Below, one piece after another: positions 59,363-64,000 of a DNA stretch of 64,000 nt; position 1 is the stretch's first letter; each line of letters begins with the position of its first letter. This DNA comes from Candidatus Eiseniibacteriota bacterium. GTDB lineage: Bacteria > Eisenbacteria > RBG-16-71-46 > SZUA-252. Location: contig OY969801.1 of the NCBI GenBank assembly GCA_963703225.1, positions 640,001 to 704,000 on the forward strand. Reading direction: 5' to 3'. The notes below the pieces were generated by a model. It did no database searches. It had not been told where the DNA came from and saw only the letters and a list, made by a program, of their open reading frames with translations. The position numbers and the translations under genes were made by a program.

Positions 59363-60568
59363 GGCGCCGCCACCGCATCCGGCAGAAGCCTCGTCCTGGG
59401 CGGGATCGTCGGGACGGTGCTTCTGGCGGGCCTCCTCCTATTCCCGGCGAGCTTGACCCGGCATTTCGAGATGCGCGAGGTGATTATTCCCAAGGGCGCG
59501 TCGATCGAGGCCATCGCGGCGATCCTCCACCACGAAGGGCTCGTCGGGAACACCCGCCTCTTCGTGCTGGCGGCCCGGGTCCTCGGATACGATCGGAATC
59601 TCCAAGCCGGCCGCTTCACGATACCGGTCGGCTCCAGCACCTACCGGATTCTCCACCAGCTGGCCAAGGGAATGTCGGCCGAGGACATGGTCACCGTCCC
59701 CGAGGGCCTCCGCGTTGAGCAGATCGCGGACATCCTCTACCGGGGCGCGAAAATCGACCCGATCCGGTTCCTCTCCATCGTGAACGACTCGATCTTTGTC
59801 CGCTCCCTCGGTGTTCCGGCCAGCCGGATGGAGGGCTACCTCTACCCCGACACCTATCCCTTCTACCCGCTCCTGAGTCCGCAGGAAGTCTTGCGGATGA
59901 TGGCGGAGCGGAGCCTGAAAGTATTCGGGGAAGAGATGGCCGAGCCGGGCGCCAAGCTTGGCCTCACGCTCCACCAGCTCGTCACGCTCGCGTCCATCGT
60001 GGAAGCCGAGGCGCAGGTCCCATCGGAGCGTCCCAGGATCGCGGCCGTCTTCTACAACCGATTGCGTCAGGGTATGATGCTCCAGTCAGATCCCACGGTT
60101 TCCTACGCGATGGGCATCTGGCGAAATCGCGTCTACTACAGGGATCTCGACGTGAAATCGCCGTACAACACCTATCGAAATCGGGGGCTGCCTCCCGGGC
60201 CGATTTGCAGCCCGGGGCGTGGGGCCTTCCATGCGGTTCTCTTCCCGCTGCCGGACTCGACCGAGCTCTACTTCGTGGCTCGCGGGGACGGGACCCACAT
60301 CTTCTCGCGGACCTGGGAGGGGCACCTCCGGGCCATCGCGACGGTGCGCGCCCAAGCGCGGCGCGAGTCGACGCTGGTCCCGATCGGACCGGGGCTCGCG
60401 CGGGAGCAGCCGGTCCTCGGCCCTCGCCTGCCTCCCGGCGGCGTGGCCCCCGTGGCCCCAAAGAGCTCGCCACCCAAAGGCAAACCACCAAAGACCTCGC
60501 CGGCCAAGGGTCAACCCCCAAAGAGCTCGCCGCCCAAGCGTGCCGTCAACAGGGGAACGACCAAGTGA
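59359..60568 (+). CDS. mltG: endolytic transglycosylase MltG (probable frameshift near the 5' end)
   Basis: VTVPEG, EGYLYPDTY, LASIVEAE, LQSDPT, SPYNTY, GLPPGPI. Confidence 0.95.
60458..60540 (+). repeat. about 2.8 copies of a 30-bp imperfect tandem repeat in the mltG tail
   Basis: PKSSPPKGKP / PKTSPAKGQP / PKSSPPKR. Confidence 0.8.
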
Positions 60569-61449
60569 CCGCCCCCGAATTGGGCATCCCGATCTCGCTT
60601 CAGTCTCCGGGGGCAGGGCCGGCATTGGCGCGGAAGCGCGCGACGCTCCTCGAGCTTCTCGGCGGGATGGGGCGCACGCTCGTCGCCTATTCGGGTGGCG
60701 TGGATTCAGCCTACCTTCTTGCCGAGGCCCACTCCGCCATGGGCGGACGCGTTCTGGGCGTAATCGGAAGGAGCCCCTCGCTTCCGGAGGTGGAGTTCGA
60801 GGCCGCGATGGCTCTGGCCGCGTCCCGGGGGATCCCCGTTCGGGCCGTCGAGACCCATGAGATGGAGCGCGATGCCTATCGGGCCAACGGGCCCGACCGC
60901 TGCTACCACTGCAAGGCCGAGCTGTTCGAGCGGCTATGGGCGATCGCTTCGGCGGAGGGTTGGGAATCGCTTGCCTATGGCGCGGTGACCGACGACCTGG
61001 GCGACGTTCGCCCCGGGATGGCGGCGGCCGAGCGCCATCGCGTTCGTGCACCTCTCGTGGAGTCGGGGCTTGGGAAACTGGACGTCAGGGTCCTCGCCCG
61101 GACGATGGGCCTGGCCGTATGGGACAAGCCCCAGTCTCCCTGCCTGGCCTCCCGGGTCCCGCACGGGCAGGCGGTCACCGAGGCGAAACTGGAGCAGGTG
61201 GAGCGGGGTGAAGCGTGGCTGAGGGAGGCGTACGGCCTACGGGTTGTGAGACTCCGCCATGAAGGGAAGAAGGCCAGAATCGAGGTCCGACCCCAGGACA
61301 TCGCCCGCCTCTCCGAGGCCGCCGCATTTTCCAGTATATCTCTGGAGTTAAACAGGTTAGGATTTACACAAGTGGAGGTTGATCGGCGTGGTTACCGCCG
61401 CCCCGATCCCCAGCCCATGGATCTCGAGGAGGTGCAGCACGATGCCTAG
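60565..61449 (+). CDS. larE: ATP-dependent sulfur transferase LarE (TIGR00268-like)
   Basis: PP-loop AYSGGVDS, RCYHCK, RPG, WDKP, CLASR, VRLRH. Confidence 0.9.
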   Translation: MTAPELGIPISLQSPGAGPALARKRATLLELLGGMGRTLVAYSGGVDSAYLLAEAHSAMGGRVLGVIGRSPSLPEVEFEAAMALAASRGIPVRAVETHEMERDAYRANGPDRCYHCKAELFERLWAIASAEGWESLAYGAVTDDLGDVRPGMAAAERHRVRAPLVESGLGKLDVRVLARTMGLAVWDKPQSPCLASRVPHGQAVTEAKLEQVERGEAWLREAYGLRVVRLRHEGKKARIEVRPQDIARLSEAAAFSSISLELNRLGFTQVEVDRRGYRRPDPQPMDLEEVQHDA

Positions 61450-61675
61450 CCCCGATGAGCCCCGGCGGCGCCGACGCGGCGCAGCTGCCAAGTCGGCCGA
61501 ACCGGCCGGAGCCGAAATCCCTTTTGGCAAAAAGAATTACGTGATTTTCGGGGTAGCGGCGGTGGTCATTCTGGCAGGCTACTTTGCCCTCTCCAAGGGC
61601 TCCGTCACCCTCGCCCCCATCCTCTTGCTGGTCGGTTACCTGATCCTCATCCCGTGGGGTATCTTGGCGAAATAA
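61442..61675 (+). CDS. DUF3098-like small membrane protein
   Basis: FGKKNY...GY...TLAPILLLVGY...IP. Confidence 0.8.
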   Translation: MPSPDEPRRRRRGAAAKSAEPAGAEIPFGKKNYVIFGVAAVVILAGYFALSKGSVTLAPILLLVGYLILIPWGILAK

Positions 61676-61677
61676 GC

Positions 61678-61753
61678 GGGCGAATAGCTCAGCTGGGAGA
61701 GCACTTGCCTTACACGCAAGGGGTCACAGGTTCGAGCCCTGTTTCGCCCACCA
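61678..61753 (+). tRNA. tRNA-Val (TAC)
   Basis: GGGCGAA/TTCGCCC acceptor stem, CTTGC-CTTACAC-GCAAG anticodon arm, GGTTCGA, encoded CCA; 76 nt. Confidence 0.98.
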
Positions 61754-61791
61754 AATTTTCCGTCCAGGCGCCGCTTACGGCGTTCTAGTGC

Positions 61792-61820
61792 TTGACTTTG
61801 AGGACCAATATTGGTACTAT
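61792..61820 (+). promoter_or_regulatory. sigma70 promoter with a 12-bp palindrome in the spacer
   Basis: TTGACT-17 nt-TACTAT with TG extension; ACCAATATTGGT at 61804-61815. Confidence 0.7.
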
Positions 61821-62047
61821 CTTGGAGTCTTTTAGCGCGGACTACATCGCCAGGATTTTGGGCGGCAGTCGGCACAGCCGTATAAGTCATTGGCTTGACT
61901 GAATATAAGTTCAACTCAACGTCGAAGAAGATTTGCTCGAAAGGAGGTGTTTTCAACCGCCACGGCGTCACGACTACCACTTTCGTGATTTGAAAAACCT
62001 CTACATCCGTGTGCTTGTTCGCAGCTGTTGAGACCCTAGGAGGTGTC

Positions 62048-62884
62048 ATGATGTTGAAAGTGGCCAAGCTGGGCATTGCGATCGCGGCAGTTTTGGCATG
62101 GATCGTCCCGGCCGCCTACGCTGGCGTCCCGGATCTCGTTCAGTCGTTTTACGTGCCGCAGGCGGGATCGACGACGGCCCCGTTGGAGGGGACATCGACC
62201 CCCAACCCGTCGTTCCGGTTCTTCCGTGCGTGTCCGAACAATGACGGTGGGGCGAGCCTGCCGAACAACGCTCGGATCAAGGTAGTGGTGCGGGACGTGA
62301 ATGGGACGGGAATCCAGGGGATCGCCGCGGCGGACATTTGCTTGTTGTTCAATGGTGGGACGCCGGCGCAGTTGTTTACGGGCGTAGGAGCGGACTCGGT
62401 GATAGCGAACGCTCGGTACAACCAGACGCCGCTGTGTCCGGACCTTCGTTGCGTGCAGGCGGATGACCAGACGGACGTGAACGGGACGACGTTCATCACG
62501 TTCACGGGATCGACGGCTGGGAGCCCTGGGATAGGGACGCGCAATCCGTTGCGCAAGTGGGGGCACTACGACACGGAGATTCCGGTGTACGTGTTGGGCT
62601 TCAAGATTTCGGGTCGTTTGACGACCGCGGCTCCGATCGTACCGTACACGCTGCGGATCAAGAATTTCGATCATACGGGTGGTTTGACGACGGCGTTGGA
62701 CCAGGGTGAGACGGTCGCGACGGCGGACTACAACGCGATCGTGATCAATCTTGGCGTGGACAACGCGATTTCGTACTGGCGTGATTTTGACTCAACGGGC
62801 GGTGTGGGAGCGGTTGGCGTCACGGACTACAACGCGGTGACGCTGCACGTGGGCCACGACTGCGATTCCCCGAATAACCCGTAG
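62048..62884 (+). CDS. secreted protein with Ig-like domain and C-terminal dockerin-like duplicated Ca-binding motif
   Basis: GGAGG RBS, signal peptide AYA|GVPD, VVVRD...TDVNG, repeats FDHTGG...VATADYNA and FDSTGG...VGVTDYNA, terminal HVGHDC. Confidence 0.75.
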   Translation: MMLKVAKLGIAIAAVLAWIVPAAYAGVPDLVQSFYVPQAGSTTAPLEGTSTPNPSFRFFRACPNNDGGASLPNNARIKVVVRDVNGTGIQGIAAADICLLFNGGTPAQLFTGVGADSVIANARYNQTPLCPDLRCVQADDQTDVNGTTFITFTGSTAGSPGIGTRNPLRKWGHYDTEIPVYVLGFKISGRLTTAAPIVPYTLRIKNFDHTGGLTTALDQGETVATADYNAIVINLGVDNAISYWRDFDSTGGVGAVGVTDYNAVTLHVGHDCDSPNNP

Positions 62885-63004
62885 TTCGGTAATTGGGCCC
62901 TGCCGGGCCGGCGGACGCGCGGTCGAGAGACGGTGCGGCGCCTGCCTGGCAGGACTGATCCCGAACCGCGCGATGGTCGCCGGTCGGACAAGGAGGGATC
63001 TGGA

Positions 63005-63664
63005 ATGAAGAATTGCTTACTGCTCCTCGCGGTTGTGGCGGCGCTGTTGGTCGGAGCTCCCGCTTACAGCCAGTATGTGTTCCTGGATGTGGATCACGAC
63101 ACCTTCAACAGCGTCAACGGTGGCAACCCCGGCCCTGGCAATGACGTGCTGGTGGCTGGCGTGAACAATGTCGACGTCTACTTCGTGACCAACAAGAATC
63201 GGGACGGCAGCGACGCGGTTTGCGCCTCCGGCTCCGAGACGTTCTCCATCGTCTCCTACGAGGTCTCGATCCATTCGACGGGCTCGGGGTCGGTCGTCAT
63301 CGGCACCTGGACCGACGCCATGGGGTTCGCGAACGGACTTACCTCATGCGGCACGATGTGCTCCAACAACGTGGATGCCTGGATCGCTCGCGGAGGAGCG
63401 ATTGCCGATCTCAAGCCCGCGGGCAAGTACAAGGTCGGCACGCTTCAGGTTACGGTTACCGGCGCGGTGAAGCTCGATGTGGCCGCCGGGGTCCCGAACC
63501 TCGACACCCACGCCGCGACCACGTTTGGTTCCGAGTGCGCCGGCGGCATTGCCTTCGACAACACGATTCGGCTCGACCAGGATTTCTTTGACAAGGACGG
63601 GACCGCGGCTCCGATCGCCGTCGTCAAGACGACCTGGGGCGAGATCAAGAAGCTGTACCAGTAA
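63005..63664 (+). CDS. secreted beta-sandwich protein ending in TTWGEIKKLY motif
   Basis: AAGGAGG RBS, signal peptide AYS|Q, four Cys, C-terminal IAVVKTTWGEIKKLYQ. Confidence 0.8.
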   Translation: MKNCLLLLAVVAALLVGAPAYSQYVFLDVDHDTFNSVNGGNPGPGNDVLVAGVNNVDVYFVTNKNRDGSDAVCASGSETFSIVSYEVSIHSTGSGSVVIGTWTDAMGFANGLTSCGTMCSNNVDAWIARGGAIADLKPAGKYKVGTLQVTVTGAVKLDVAAGVPNLDTHAATTFGSECAGGIAFDNTIRLDQDFFDKDGTAAPIAVVKTTWGEIKKLYQ

Positions 63665-63711
63665 ATCGGATCCAACCCCACCAAGTGTGCGTGTGGGGGG
63701 CTTGACATAAC

Positions 63712-63750
63712 GAGGGGCGCGCGAGGATTCGCGCGCCCCTTGAGTTTTTT
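63712..63750 (+). terminator. Rho-independent terminator
   Basis: AGGGGCGCGCGA-GGAT-TCGCGCGCCCCT followed by TGAGTTTTTT. Confidence 0.85.
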
Positions 63751-64000
63751 GGCCGGCAACGCCGAGAGGGTGTTCCAGCCTCTCGGTCCTCGAGTCCGAG
63801 GGTGGAATCGGGGAGACTGGCCGGCTCCGCGCCAGGAGGACCATGGGCGGGGAGCCGGGCGGTTCCGGAGCTCGGGAGGCTCCGACGGCCGCGTTCTGGG
63901 GTTCACGGGCCCCAGGTTGGGCTTTGGAGGCGTCGACCGGGAGACAGGGATTCAGTGGCCGGTCGACGGAATCAGGTTCGGGTCGCCATTCGCTGCCCGG

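Noticed and set aside
1..64000. CRISPR arrays, rRNA genes, IS elements or transposases
   Set aside because: No regularly spaced repeats, rRNA-like segments, or transposase/recombinase motifs were seen by eye

Overview
GC-rich bacterial contig. Several secreted proteins end in a FlgD-Ig/T9SS-like 'PNPFNP' C-terminal domain, one ends in 'TTWGEIKKLY', and the ileS-dksA-lspA order is present. Together these suggest an FCB-associated lineage such as Ca. Eisenbacteria/Latescibacterota (inference). Layout: 1-19.6 kb is a patchwork of small accessory genes; tmRNA at 19.65-20.0 kb; 20-33.8 kb holds secreted and signalling proteins; 52-61.7 kb is a housekeeping operon (yggS, yggU, PNP, ileS, dksA-like, lspA, rluD-like, ruvX, mltG, larE, DUF3098, tRNA-Val); the end encodes two secreted proteins (dockerin-like and TWG-motif). 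Main candidate novel system (33.97-45.37 kb): a tightly coupled operon encoding a Ser/Thr kinase-STAND ATPase-TPR protein, a lipoprotein MFP, a PqqD/RRE-like + M50 site-2 protease + MFP fusion and a GAF-GAF-MFP fusion. It is followed by a near-consensus sigma54 promoter, a 45-aa Lys/Ser-rich peptide gene and a convergent GAF-sigma54 activator. No ABC/RND pump or TolC lies in the window. Second highlight: an ORF missed by the ORF track (8659-8877, DUF2892-like) with an in-frame UGA at the expected Cys position and a perfect hairpin 11 nt downstream, a candidate selenoprotein. Many single-base frameshifts, including in housekeeping genes, are probably long-read assembly errors. All family names come from motif recognition, not database searches.
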